Part shown: positions 11,071 to 24,600 of the stretch, piece after piece | Position numbering within the stretch: the first letter of the stretch is position 1 | Layout of the letters: every line of letters starts with the position of its first letter | NCBI RefSeq assembly: GCF_001194135.2 | Contig: NC_068981.1 | Coordinates: 61,481,566-61,517,330 of the forward strand | Origin: Octopus bimaculoides | Lineage: Eukaryota | DNA length: 35,765 nt | Reading direction: 5' to 3' | The notes under the pieces: generated by a model | What the model saw: only the letters and a program-made list of their open reading frames with translations | Database searches by the model: none | What the model was told of the DNA's origin: nothing | Position numbers and translations under genes: made by a program

Positions 11071-11224
11071 TGTGTAGACTAACATAGTTGATATATAATG
11101 CAAAGGAGCAACAATCTATTTTCCTGTGTAGATTAACAAAGTTTATATATAATGCAAAAGAGCAACAATCTATTTTCCTGTGTAGATTAACATAGTTTAT
11201 ATATAATGCAAAGAAGGAACAATT
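11071..11224. repeat. 54-bp minisatellite, about 2.8 copies
   Basis: Unit tgtgtagattaacatagtttatatataatgcaaaagagcaacaatctattttcc starts at 11071, 11125 and 11179 with few substitutions. Confidence 0.95.
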
Positions 11225-12309
11225 ACAGAGCTTAGAAAGAAATATATTCATTTTGAAGGACGAAAAGAGATAGCGAAAATTAGAAATTGGTCCGACGTCA
11301 TTCACAGAAAAAAAAAATGAGAATGCTTGAAAAATATATAAATGCCTTGCATCAAATCAAACAACGAATATAGGAAAAAGAAAAATGAAAGTAAAAACTA
11401 CTGGAAGCAATGTTTTCGGTTTTCAGTAACCGTAACTTACAATTTTTGAACGTTTGAAAGTTTGTTACGAGGAATGACAACAAGAGCTTCAAACCATTAC
11501 CTAAAATTATTTCAAGTATTATCTAATTAGATGTATATACTCTAATTACAATATCTATCGTAAGTGATGATTTTATACAACAATTATTATTAAATCATAA
11601 TAATGCTGTCCAACGTAGTATTGCATAATTTTTCATAGGAGAAAAGGTCATATTTCTCAAGCACATATCTGATGTATACGAGCAGCAGCAACATTTCAAT
11701 GGCACTTATTGTATAAGATGATGACATAAGATAATTATATTCTTAATGAAGCATGTCATTCTTCGAACGAGACTTCTTCTACCACAACGATCGGGCTCCA
11801 ATAAACATATACTTATTCTAGAGGTATTAAATTTATTATCATTTAATGTGCATGCGTTATTATACATATTTTCCATAATATTTCCTTCTATATAAGTAAA
11901 GAGCATAATTAAATTAAAATATATTCTTGCATGTACTGCGGTTATCTTTGTGGGCGTGTTGATAATAATAATTAAAGCTGGAATTTAAACTGAATATAAT
12001 TTTGAATTTAATTGCAGATGGCATATTTGAATTCGTTAATGTTAGATGTGTCGTTATATTTCTGATACTGGAACTCAGGAATTCTAGTTTATTATACAAA
12101 AATATAGAAAATATGTATATGAACCATGCTATATATTATAGTCCTAGTAGATGTGTAGATAGTATTTGTTTTAAATATATTCTACATTTTACTTCTACTT
12201 ATGAGCAATGTTTACATGCTGAAAACTCGGTGACGGTGTTGTCTCAAACAATTAACCCTAAACAGACAAATCCATCCTATCATGTCAACGTCGATACTAG
12301 TGAGGCCTC

Positions 12310-14980
12310 ACTGATGACAAAGCAAAATACAAACCGGAATGGTCATCGATCACATTTCAGAGACACGTACACGAATGATGAGCCAGATTCGAGGCGGAAA
12401 ATCAGCTACTGGTTCAAATGTTCTCAAAACAAAGTAGCTGGAAGTACCCCACAACCGGAATATTCCAACAGATGCCCCTCCCCCATGCATGTCATCAAAT
12501 AGCCAAAAGAAAAGGAAAGAAAAATGGTATAGGGAAGATAATAAAGAAGTTGTTACGGATTTCTACCATTCCATTTATTTCCTCACAAATAAATCTAATA
12601 CTGCACAAAACTATTTAAACAGAAGACAGAAACCCTACATGCTAACAAACCTGCCAACGTCAGAAGAAACATTATGAAAAAGAAATAGCTAACTGAAGTA
12701 GAGATTGACCAAAATCAACAAACAGTAATGGATAAAAGGAACGAAGCTACAGCTAAAGAAGATACTACGGAAGAAATAATTATAAACCAGCCTAGAGCTA
12801 ATGAAAATGGAACAATTATTGAAAGGGTTAATGTAACTGACAAGCAAAGTGAAATACTCATTGAACCAACCATAAACACTAAGGCAGATGAAAATGAAAT
12901 AGATGAAGAAAGTCACGCAGAAATTCACCCAACGGAACTACATGATCTAAAAAATCAAATCATGATTGAATGGCTGAAAATTAATGACACCAGCATGAAT
13001 GAACGCAATACTCTCGCAAAAATTCGCAATTCTAACCAAAACCTGAAAATAATTAAAATTCGCCTTGCGCTTAAGGACATAATTTCAGCTAATGATGTTA
13101 ATTTTACAGATCTCAACCAACTATACTATGCAACTTCGAAAATCTCAACGATTCTATGTGGGGGAAAAGATTAGAAAACGACAACATTCCCACAAAAAGC
13201 CTTCTTCGCAAGGGCGTATTGAACATCAAATTAAGCTACTTAGGTCTGACGTAGAACATTTAAAATCCTTAAGTTTGACAAGGTTACCAAGCCTTCAACA
13301 ACCCGAAAAGTAAAGAAAAAATATAATATGAAAATCATATTAGACATTGATACAACCATAGAAACCATCAATCAAGAGGTATGTGCTAAAGTTGCCCACA
13401 TAGCAAGGTATGAAAAGCACGATAGATTCTTCAAGTACAATATGCTCAAAAATAATCCCAAAAGTTTTTAGAAGATGGGGAAAATACCAGTTACAGTAAA
13501 GTCTGTTCCACCAAAAGAAGATGTGCAGGAATTGTTGAATAAAATTTGGCCTGAAGAAACAAAATCACAATTAAAAGGCCCCTTGGATTGATAGAATATC
13601 TACAGACTTAGACTCCTTAGAATAGCAAAAGGGGAGGGTTTCTAGGTAGAAGATGTAAGATCTGCTCTCAGGAAGTAAAGCAAATGGAAGTCTCCAAGAA
13701 AAGATAAAATGCCTAAATTCTGCTTGAATGCATTCCCAGAAAGACATGAACTATTAACAAAACTTTACAACAATGTTTCGCAATATCCTAGTACGATTCC
13801 CTCTTGGCTACATAATGGTGTAACACTCCTTCTTGCAAAACATGAAGAAACGAATGAACCAAAAAATTATCGCCCCATGACATGCTTAACAACAACGTAT
13901 AAAACGCTAACATCTGTCCTGACAGAATAAACCTATAGTTTTTAAATAGAAAGTGGCATATTACTTAATGAGCAAAAAGGATGTGAACGTGGGTCTTATG
14001 GTTGTAAAGATCAGCTACTCTTCAATAAGATGATCTTGTCACAAACGACACATAAACTTGTCAATAGACTGGATCGACTAGGAAAACGCATTTGGTAGCC
14101 TACACATAGCTGGATTAATAAATGTCTAGTAATGTATAAAATAACTCCTATTCTGCGAAACTTTTTCTCTGTAAGTATGAGATCATGGAGAACCAAACTG
14201 ATTTTGAACAGTGAGAATGAATCACTTAATGCTGGAGATGTAAGTACTTCATGTGACATTTTCCAGGGTGATTTACTATCAACATTCCTCTTTTGTCTAT
14301 TCTTGATACCTCTCTCGAAATTACCCAATGATGTACAGTACGGTTATAAAATATTCGATAAAAATATTTACGTGGATGATTTAAATCTCGTTGCAAAAAC
14401 TGACCAACAACTCAAGCACTTACTAGCGTTTGTTAGTACTAGCGTTCAGTGATGACATCAGGCCGCGATAAATGCGAAAAAGCTACCTTTATCAAAGTAA
14501 AAATGACAAAACATCTAACGTTAACCTTGACCAGCAGAATGCCATAAAAGAGTTAGAACCACTGGAGAGCTACAAATACGAAGGGTATTTGAAGGGGACG
14601 GAATCAAACATTCAGTGATGAGGGAAAGGACCAGAAGAGAAGGTTATAGCAGGGTCAGGCCAATACTAACGACAGAGCTGAATGCAAGAAACAGGATGGA
14701 AGTGATCAATATTTAGCCATACCAGTTGTGACTTACGATTTCAATATCATTAACTGGTCAATTACTGGAATATGTAATCTTGACAGAAAAATGCGAAAAT
14801 TATTGGCAATGCATAGAATACATCACCTAAAGGCATATATAAAACGACTTTATCTGCAAGAAAAGAGGGTGACCGTGCACTTTTACAACTGGCGTGAACA
14901 ATGAAGATTGCCACAATTGGCCTACACACTTACCTGAAATATTCAGAGGACTGGATGTAAAAAATTATCTGAAAAAAAGA
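12310..14980 (+). mobile_element. R4/Dong-clade element, 5' two-thirds (element C1), decayed
   Basis: N-terminal KRKEKWYREDNKEVV..FY, then KW(K)SPRKDKMPKF, PKNYRPMTCL, EQKGC..GSYGCKDQLL, IFQGDLLS..LF, YVDDLNL (14369-14389), INWS..LDRKMRKLLAMH, SEDWM. Confidence 0.88.
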
Positions 14981-14984
14981 TTAA

Positions 14985-15670
14985 TAATAGTGAAGTACGA
15001 AAGTCAGGCTTGTGTAGGATGGACGATTGCAAAGATAAAACAATGTACAAGCGCTTGAAAATGAATGAAATTGAAAATAGGTGGATAAAGAAAACAATGC
15101 ATGGACGATATCATAGTCAGAATGTGAAAGTGATAAGTGCAAGATGGTGAAACCGCATGGCATATTACGAGTGAATGTACACCACTGGCCCAGAAAAAAT
15201 ATAAGAGGTGTTATGACAATATGCACAAAGCTGGTCCATTGGACACTTTGCAAAAAGTATGGAGTTGATAGAGAAAAAAGTGATACAAGAATACACCAGA
15301 AGGCGTCATCGAAAGCGATAATGCAAAGATCCTATGGGATTTCATGAGTCTGTGCGACCATGAGATAGAAAATAGGAAACCAGATACAGCGTTAATTGAA
15401 AAAGAAACCAAACCATGTTGGATCATAGATATAACATACTCAGCTGACAAGGTATGCGATAAGGAAGGAAGAAAAGTCGATAGATATGACAGGGTAGCTT
15501 GGGAGGTTAAAAAGTTGCGCTCGATGAAAAAAGTGGTTACAGTACCAATAATTGTCGGAGTCTTGGGAACAGTGTGTAAAAATCTTGAGATGTACATGGT
15601 ACAAAGAAGGGCTGCAATAATGATGCAGCACTTGCAGAAAATAGCACTGATTGGAACGGCAAGAGAATAT
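14985..15670 (+). mobile_element. Internally deleted RLE-domain fragment of a different subfamily (C2)
   Basis: NRWIKKTMHGRY, ETAWHITSECTPLAQKKYK, AKILWDF..HEIENRKPD..IID, VPIIVGVLG, LQKIALIGTAR. Starts just after taataata at 14982-14989. Confidence 0.82.
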
Positions 15671-15676
15671 GAAAGA

Positions 15677-15794
15677 CCAAATATATGGCACTCTAGGCAT
15701 AACACCATCATGAACTTATAAGTTGTTGTCATTTGAGGTCTCAGGGTGAGACTTGGAATGAAAATGTCCAAATACAAAGCAAAAGTCAAACATA
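15677..15794 (+). mobile_element. RLE-element 3' UTR, same family as element B (C3)
   Basis: Gap-free alignment to 6901-7018 with about 19 mismatches in 118 nt (hand count). Confidence 0.85.
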
Positions 15795-15879
15795 TAATAA
15801 TAACAATAATAATAATAATGATGATGATGATGATAATAATGACAATAATAATAATAATAATGACAACAATAACAACATC

Positions 15880-15937
<58 letters not shown>
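15793..15937. repeat. (TAA)n tract with TGA/CAA variants
   Basis: Directly visible. Confidence 0.97.
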
Positions 15938-15938
<1 letters not shown>

Positions 15939-16110
15939 TTTGCAAATACAAAAAATTCCAGAATTAAACGTACTAGAATCATGCACAGAAAAATCTGAGT
16001 GCTTGAAAATCCGTGCTAAAACTGCTGCCGTAGATATTCTTACTCATAAATGGCAAGAAAATCCTATCAATTGTAAATACCCAAAGAGAGTTGATAGTGC
16101 CGATGTTGAC
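15938..16110 (+). mobile_element. Post-RT fragment of an RLE element (C4)
   Basis: LKIRAKTAAVDILTHKWQENPINCKYPKRVDSADVD is homologous to the WQDKK/WIKKTMHG segment of elements A and C2. Confidence 0.68.
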
Positions 16111-16139
16111 ACTGATAATTGCACAATCTGATAATCGCT

Positions 16140-18180
16140 ACCTCATATGTGTGAGAATGAAAACATAAAATATTGTGAATAACGGTGGGAATGAAACTGA
16201 AGCCAATGATGGTGACAGTGGCACACCCGGTAGGCTCAGAGATTCTGGTCTGGCTCCAGTCTGTCGATATCCATAAATGGACCACCACACACGGCGTAGA
16301 TGGAGCAAGCAAATTAATGATGTGGTCATGGAGTGTTACTAGCTGAGAAGCCCGGTAGATGAAGATGGTGCTAAAATTGGGGGTTACTGAGAACGTATGT
16401 ATGATCGTTGGAGAGAAAAGGGATTGTTTCTACTCACGGAAGAGAGACTATGTGATCAAGCTAGAGCAATAAGAGAAAATTGTTGGTTCACAGAAGTAGA
16501 GCTCGAAGCTATTAAAAGACGGGTCATGAAAAATAGCAGCAGAGTCAACAATGAAAATACAGTTCTTACTAATAAGAGTAATCCCATAGCACAGGAAAGG
16601 AGCAGTAGTAGTTTACTTGATGAGAGAAATATAGATGATCTGAAGGAAGACAATAAAATTAATTGTGACATGACTGATGAACAAAAGGTAACCTGCGAAA
16701 GACTACAGGAGAACGATAGCGACATTATTTACAACCTTAAAATGTTTGATCGATGGGAATTGAGCCAAGTATTGAAAAATGTCAATGTAATTCTGAAATA
16801 CATCAGAACAAACAACATCACAGAAACATATAATGTGATCAAGGCAGCAAGTTGTAGAAGAAAGCATAGATGTTGATGTCAAGAAAAAGAAACATAATGG
16901 GAGTGACAAAATAAAAGATCTATGATGGAAAAAAAGAATCCAGGCAGGGTTATATATGCTCTGGAAGGAAATTTCAGGGTTGGACCGAAAAGAGAAAGGG
17001 GAGCCTAAATGCGAGCAGAAATACAGGGCGCTGAAAGGAAGTATAATATTGAAAGAAAGAGCCTGAAAGTAGTAGTGCAGTAACTGAAACAGCGATTCGT
17101 TGCAGGGAAAGCAAAGATGGTATGATACGACCAAAATATGAAGGGTGACCGCAACAATAGGTTATTCAGAGTAGATAAGAAGAGATTGTATAAAAAACAT
17201 AAATGGCAAAATTACAGATGAAAAGTTGATACCAGATAACGTTGAAGGTCAAAGATTTTGGATTGACATCTGGAGCAAAGACAAGGAGCACAAGGAGGAT
17301 GCTGAATGGTTGCAAGAACTGAAACAAGCAGTAGTCTGTTCAAAATATGCAGATCTAGTAATTTTAGAGATCCACTGGTGAGCCCCGGGACCAGATGGAT
17401 TTCAAGGCTACTGGATCAAAAGATTTAGTGAATATCATGTACAAATAGCTGCACAACTGAACAGCTTGTTAAATGCTGACCAAGTAACAGCAGAATGATT
17501 GACATTAGGTAGGACAGTGCTGTGTCTGAGAAACATCGAAAAAGGCAATACGGTAGACAATTCCAGGCCGATATGTTTGCCACTTATGTGGAAGTTATTC
17601 ACTGGAATACTCGCAGAGTCAATGTACGAACAGCTGAAAAATTGGAGTCCTGCCACATGAGCAAAAGGGTTGCAAGCGTAAGTGCAGAGGTACCAAGGAT
17701 CAACTCCTGTAGACAAAACTGTACATAGAGACTGCAAGAGGTGCAAAAGTAACTTAGACATGTAATGGATTGACTATCGTGAGGCGTATGATATGATCCC
17801 ACATTATTGGATTATGGAGTGTATGAACATATTTGGTATTGCATCGAATATTGAGCGGTTGCTTGGAAAAAGTATGGCGAACTGGAGGATGGACCTGACA
17901 GCATACAGAAGAAGAATAGGGAAAATAGAAATTAGAAGGGGCATCTTCCAAGCGGACTGCCTGTCCCCACTGATCATTGTACTGTGCTTGATACCACTAA
18001 CACCAATACTGAGGAAGGCAAAAGCTGGGTATGTATTCAAAAGACACCAACAAAAATTCAACCATTTGTTATTCATGGATGGCCTCAAACTTTATGCTAA
18101 AGATGAAACCCAAGTCAGTTCCCTCGTTGATACGGTGTATACCGTCAGTGCTGATATCAGAATGGAGTTCGGACTAAGAC
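16140..18180 (+). mobile_element. R4/Dong-clade element, 5' part through the RT catalytic motif, 3' end missing (element D)
   Basis: RRRWSKQ..VMECY..MYDRWREKG..EERLCDQARAIR (N-terminal domain), [68 protein letters not shown] (18060-18099). Homology stops near 18180. Confidence 0.9.
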
Positions 18181-20479
18181 GTACAACTAACCATTATCGA
18201 ATATTTTATTAAACGTTCGTTCTTGATGTTTATTTATTTTTATAGCATATAACAAACAATGTAGGGACTGAAATCTTTCCGGGGATCACTCATTCCCACC
18301 TTGATTCGGAGAATTAGGATACATTTGGCAGTGAGAGCGCTACTTATTAAAGAATCGCTGACAGAATGTCAATGTACCACTGACAGTTCCTGACTTGTGG
18401 CATTTTCGAATCATTCTGAATTCAATGTTTTTGTAAATGTTGTTTTGGAACCAGGTTTTAATCATATGCGAGACTTCCTTAAAAATTGTAATGAATTAAG
18501 TAATCCATAGTGTAACGCTCAGCTTTCTTGGGGTTGCTAACGACTATTTCATCTGTACTGTAATAATTACCAGTATAACTTGTATATTTATTTAATATTT
18601 TCTAATTAAGTGAAAAGCAGTTAGAATTCTTTTGTGAAATTATTATACAGTTTTGTCTCTTGTCATGCGATGTATTTCCCTAGATATATTCAACCTGATA
18701 GCCATAAACAGATGCAATTTATGGAATTTCAATGATAGCACTTAATGCGGGGCTCATTGATTCAGATTACTAGTTTCTTTACCAATTTGTAGATACCAAG
18801 GAAAAAACATTACTTTCAAATTATCCTTCTCTCAAATACTGTAATAGCTCAGACTGCTTTATGTATTGCTATAGGCAATCTGACCTGTAGTAGGCCGATA
18901 TAGCCGCAGAAAAACGCACTTTTCCTTGGAATCATATCGACATTTTTCCTTGATACCCTTCATAAAACTATCTACTGTATCTAATGCTCAAATATGTCAA
19001 ATTGATGTTTCATTCGCAACGATTTAGTACGTGCTTTTCAATTCAGCAACTCGGCTGGAAGTGGTGAGTATAAATTTCTAGACATGCATGCGTTACTGCA
19101 ACCTTCACAAACTATTTTCTGACTTTTCTATTGATACCAACGTGTATGCTATAACCTATCCATGCACCGTGACAACCTGAAAGTTACTTATTTGCGAGTA
19201 ATTTAACTTTATATTGATTAAAAGTATTTGTTTTTTAATAACTTCCTGAAGCACCAATAAAAAAGGAAAAAAATATGGCGGTCTTTCGACATTTCTGTTT
19301 TATTTTATTTTTTACTGAGTGACAAAAATGAATATCAACTTCTTTTCGGTTAGTCAGTATGTAGTTCATTCTGAAAAATATTATTTCTTAATTTGTATTT
19401 TCGAATAAAAAGAAAGGTGTTTGCAAATTACTTCTGAGTCGATTTGTATTATTTTTGATGAAAAATATCAATAAGAAAACAGACTCGAAATCACAGCATA
19501 AAAACGACACCAAACATTATTTGAAGCCATGACGAAGAAATAAAAAAATATTGCATCTAAAATACTGACTCGACGAAAATGAGAATGAAAAGAAATTTGC
19601 ATCTTGATCAACGTTGTCAATATTGCAATGACAACGAGCGTGATTCAAAGAGAGGAGAGTGTAAAAAAATATATAGAGCAGACAGTGAATTTGAATAACA
19701 CGCAAATGATGAGAACTTCTACGAAAGCATTGTCAGCCAAAGAAAACGGCATAACCATATTTTGATAGACAAATGAACCATTCATGCATTTAACGTGGAG
19801 CAGTGAGGTTCATAAATTAAATTCGAATTCACTGATCCGATTGTAATGATAGCATGGATGCAATGATAGCATGGGTTTGATGAACAAGTACTTCATTGTA
19901 CAAAAGCATGCAAAATCATAAAGGTTCCTTTTGCTTTTAATCATTTGAGGCAAGGATTTCAGAATGTTTATGTGAGATACCCTATATTTTTTAATAGAGT
20001 GGCAATATAGTAAAATATTGCATATTACATACAGAAAATAACCGTCCTTAATAGGACAGAGTTTAAATTATTGACAATTCTGACGCAGTACATCAGTGAT
20101 TGCATCTACTACAAAACAACGTAATTGGTATAACAAGGCGAAAGCAATAGAGAGCACAATAAGGAGAAACATTAGTGCGATCGATACGCATGTGGTAGCA
20201 GACGTCGCCAACCTAGATGATTCGATTTGTTACAAACAAGAGAAAATTTCATTGTTTATAAATCGTGTATAATTGTTAATCCTTCTTCTCCTTTACGGAA
20301 GTGCTACATGTAAAAAAATGTAATCAATTCATGAAATTTCATAAAAGAAGCTGTTAGTCATTATCCGAATTTTCAATATTCTTCTCTGAATTTTTTTCTT
20401 CCTAAATTAATTGTAATTTTCTTTGCTCTTCAGTCACTGCTTTCTCTCGTTTCTGTTACCATTTTCTTTTCGTTGTGCG

Positions 20480-21300
20480 TTCCAGTCATTTGATCTTCAA
20501 CCATTTATAGAATGTTATGCTGAGGTCGGATTTCTCGTACACTGTTGTCATAGCACTTGAACTATTTATTGTCAGTATCGTCCCATCTTCATCTTGGAAG
20601 CGTCTAACCTGTACTTGCCGGATTTGCTAAATGTACGAAACTGTGCATGAAATAGCCACATTTAACCAATCAGGTAAATAGAGTATGTACTAGGTCAGTG
20701 GGCATGGAGATTTAAGGTTGAGCACAATGTCAAGAAGTCGGTTGCAGAAAGCACAATTCGGGATCTGCATGTTCTATCTTGTTCGAATTGTACATAGATT
20801 CTATAGAGAAAGTATTAGCCTTTTTATCCAAGGCAGAGTCAATCGTAAACATCGTGTGGGCGGGGGGCAATCTGAGCAGAGCTATTAGAAGAGAGAGGAT
20901 CGATAAGTTTTTTGTGAAGGAATAAAGATATGTCTAAATAAATTAGGAATTGAAATGGAATTTAGACGCAACCATGCATGGCGCTGGCTGTGTAAGCAAC
21001 CAGAATGTCCGGTATGTATTTCTCTCATGTGAAACATGAATTCTGCTTTTCAAACATGAGGTACGCATTCTAAAACAGGAGGAAAAGGAATTTTTCGACA
21101 GGTCGAGATGTGAGAGATATAATGTAGAAACAATTTTGGTCTTTTAGGAACAGGATGGGCGTGTGATACTCTTTTTCTAGAATAAGTGTGCAGTTGTTTA
21201 GTGGTATTTTGTCCCATCCTCCCGGAGAAGCGATGAAACAGACGGTGGAGGTATTTTACATAAATGGTGGCGGTCACAGTCATGACTGTCGGCGAAAGAT
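20480..21300 (-). mobile_element. Possible highly decayed CR1/L2-like RT N-terminal region
   Basis: Weak minus-strand similarities only: PPSVSSLLREDGT..TAHLF, SATDFLT (cf. RST.D.L), KYRLDASK (cf. LDISKAFD). Many stops and frameshifts. Confidence 0.3.
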
Positions 21301-22119
21301 GCCAACAGTTGAGAAAATTTTATACAGCCAGTTTAGATACAGCTAGTGATTTCTTTCTACCTTTGGTAACTCCTAAGAAAATCTAGCCGTACAAGGAAAC
21401 CGGTAGGGAGGATTGCTGGGCTGGAATAGATTTCGATGTACGTAAATATGTTAAACCGAACGTCTACAATATGCTCAGAGCAAGGAAACAATTCGGCATG
21501 CATTTCTTCTTTTATAAGTATCGTATAAGTATGTGTAGTTGCTGTCATTGGTGATAACATCTCGCTTTAGTGGAGACGACTTGGTTCACGTCATATACAT
21601 TTGTATTCTAATACAACGTACTGGAATTGTCACATATTTCGGGTATTACCTTAATTTCATTATAATATTTCACTTCATCAATCTCCAGTTTTCTAATGAA
21701 TTTAGATCTTGTGCATTCTTGAAATATTTGATCGTTTGCTTCTAGTCGTCATGTGCAGTGCTAATACTTTTCATGTTAATTCTCTCTCACTAATTGCATA
21801 AGCCATAGAGATTGAAACAAGAATTGCATTACACACACCATTATGTTTAGACTAGAGACGAACGTTCAAATGTTACGGCATCTCCTGTTTGTAAAATAAA
21901 TCCCTTCCCACATAAGCGAAACAAACACAAAACATACAAAAAAAGTTCTTTCTAATATATATAATTCGCAGCTACCTCGAGTGATTTATAAACCACAGTG
22001 TTAGTAAAGAAGAACAAAAATTAATGTCTTACGTGTTTCTTATAAGAATCTATAATATTGTCATATTGAACACACACATGCGTTTAAAATATACATTAAT
22101 GTATACAAACGAACATACA

Positions 22120-22234
22120 CACACAAGATATATATATATACATAAAAATATTTAGATATACATACATATATATACACACGCGCACACACACACACCCACA
22201 CAAACATGCACACACACACACACACACACACACG

Positions 22235-22272
<38 letters not shown>

Positions 22273-22464
22273 NNNNNNNNNNNNNNNNNNNNNNNNNNNN
22301 NNNNNNNNNNNNNNNNNNNNNNNNNNNNNNNNNNNNNNNNNNNNNNNNNNNNNNNNNNNNNNNNNNNNNNNNNNNNNNNNNNNNNNNNNNNNNNNNNNNN
22401 NNNNNNNNNNNNNNNNNNNNNNNNNNNNNNNNNNNNNNNNNNNNNNNNNNNNNNNNNNNNNNNN

Positions 22465-22521
<57 letters not shown>

Positions 22522-22650
22522 GCGTGTACCTATATCTATAGATATTGATACATATATATAGATGATAGATATCTACTTGTCTCGACATATACTTATATAG
22601 ATATATACATACATACATATTTACGTAGATGTGTGTGTGTGCGCGTGCGT
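22120..22650. repeat. Compound (TA)/(CA)n...(TG)n microsatellite spanning a gap
   Basis: Directly visible around the N-run at 22273-22463. Confidence 0.93.
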
Positions 22651-24189
22651 AAACAATTGTAATAACAGTCAGAAATTATCTAGAAGGAATAAAGGCACCA
22701 ATTTAGGCTCTAAGATTTGGTCATATATTTAAAGTTAGCGCACATTGTTTGCATTGCATTTTGGGACAGCGAAAAGTTTTGTAAATTAAACAATATGAAA
22801 ATATTCTGATATGCTACTGTTGTGGCATTGTCGTTAACTCTATATTTAACTCTATATTTAATTCTATATTTTGTATAATATCCTCCAACTGTAGTAAATC
22901 ATCTACCCACACATTTCGTCTTTCAAACTGTACCTTTCTTCGACACAAATCCCCATACTTGCGTCACTCATTTTCATGTAATCATATGACATGAAATCTT
23001 TGCTGTTTTGCTTACCTGTTGTTGCAGATCACATTGCTACTTTGAGATATGTATTTTTGTTCATCATTATAATTTCTCCGTCATCTTGCTTGTTTGGGCT
23101 TTTATCGTCGTATATTAGGCACCATTCGTGAAAAGTCACTCAAATACTGCTTGCTACCACAGCTGTAAGTACTGATGTTCTTACCCTGTCCGAGCAGCTC
23201 GGGACCTCTTTTTCCGCTCCTTGAACAGGTACTCAGTTTTTGTATTGATCTTTTGGTAGTGGAACGTTAGGTTTAGTAATACACCATGATTTTTTTTGTT
23301 CATATCACCACTCATCACTGCTATTCTTATCTTAAATAGTCATCGCAATACAAAACAAATATGCAGCCTTGTACTAAAGTCATGACTGTCCACCACCTGG
23401 TTCCAATATAGTCACAGAAATGGTGTTATGTGCCACACAAAGTGTGACAGTCGTTCTGACGTTGGTGGGTCATTGATTTTAAATACCAGAGATGCATTAT
23501 CATATAATTGTCCAAGCTGTAGGCGTGTGTATTTCCTCATATATTAATTGAAGTCTATTTCAGCAGCTGGTTTCAATCCTGTGTTTTAGATGTGGAAATA
23601 AGTAAATTTCTTTCTCGCTTACATACGCTATTCAGGCAATGAGGGAATATTTTGCTTGAAGTGAAAATATGATATGATCGTCTTTTATTTTGTTTTATCT
23701 TTTCTTCATTTATATACCAGCTGCTTTTCCCTGCAACAAAGATAAAATACTCGTAAATTCATATATATTAAATTTGGCAATGTCAAATATATGCTATTGT
23801 TACCAGAATCTCAACTGAACTATTTTATTACAGAGCACTTTTAATGGAATAGTCGCAAAGTTATTTTATATCTCTTACGTCAGCAACACACTTTCTGTGA
23901 ACTGATTTTGCTTACATATTCTTTTTCGTAAGATTAATTAGTTTTGTAATATGGCTTGTTTGTTGCTTAATTGCATGCGGTATTTGGAGTTATGTTTTAT
24001 GTACGGAGACAGTGTAAATAAACACAATTTCAGTAAAATTGTAAACAATTTGTTTGTATGAACTCTCTTTGTTAGATACTCCAAATACTCAGAATATCTC
24101 CGTATGCAGTGAAAATCGTTACTCCCAAACATTATTCTATGCATGTGAACCTGTTAGAAAGAGTGTTTTGAAAATGTCTTCAAAAGACA

Positions 24190-24600
24190 TTTAACTTGGT
24201 CCGCGATTCCAAGGAATGCAGCCAGATGTTATCGTTCTTTACACGGTGAAAAGAGAGTTGAGTGCATGATCGTATATGTGGCTATGTCTGCGACAATAAT
24301 GTAGCAGCTAAAGAAGTGGAGAAAATAGAAAAATACTAGGGTTTAGTTAGGAAAATGCGAAGACAAGGAATGAGTCCTACAAAATTAATCTTAGTTACAG
24401 GTGACAAAGATATTAGTACAAACAAGCCTGGTTGTTTCCATATTGAGATTAGCATTACTACGAGAGTTGCATTAATACAGAAATCTGTTCTATTGAGAAA
24501 TACAAATATTGTAAAATTGGTCGTCGATATATTAAGAAAACTGGTAATGATCCAATATCAAGGATGTAATATGAAATATCCTACTAAATACAAAAATACA
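24190..24600 (+). mobile_element. Old RLE-domain fragment of an R4/Dong-like element
   Basis: QPDVIVL..VKRE, DNNV..KEVEKIEKY*GL and IQKSVLLR match the RLE C-terminal motifs seen in elements A and C2. Confidence 0.6.

Noticed and set aside
11071-11224. Regularly spaced repeats as a CRISPR-like array (also 32865-32929)
   Set aside because: Units are contiguous with no unique spacers, the context is eukaryotic, and there are no cas genes.
12299-12345. Palindrome agtgaggcctcact followed by ctgatga near the 5' end of element C1 (hammerhead-like core)
   Set aside because: No stem II closed by GAAA follows, so a hammerhead fold cannot be built. A second ctgatga...gaaa near 16675-16710 lies in coding sequence and lacks the closing pair.
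15211-16131. Poly-Ile/poly-Asn/poly-Leu ORFs (also 6877-7242 and 35317-35754)
   Set aside because: Translations of (TAA)n microsatellites, or antisense of retrotransposon coding sequence.
18200-20150. GC-richer patches suggestive of old transposon debris, including a small hairpin gtcct-taat-aggac near 20045
   Set aside because: No motif or paired terminus sufficient to name a family.
23010-23200. Strong minus-strand donor-like sites (cag/gtaagc, gg/gtaaga)
   Set aside because: Upstream frames close within about 20 codons and I found no matching acceptor or coding signal.
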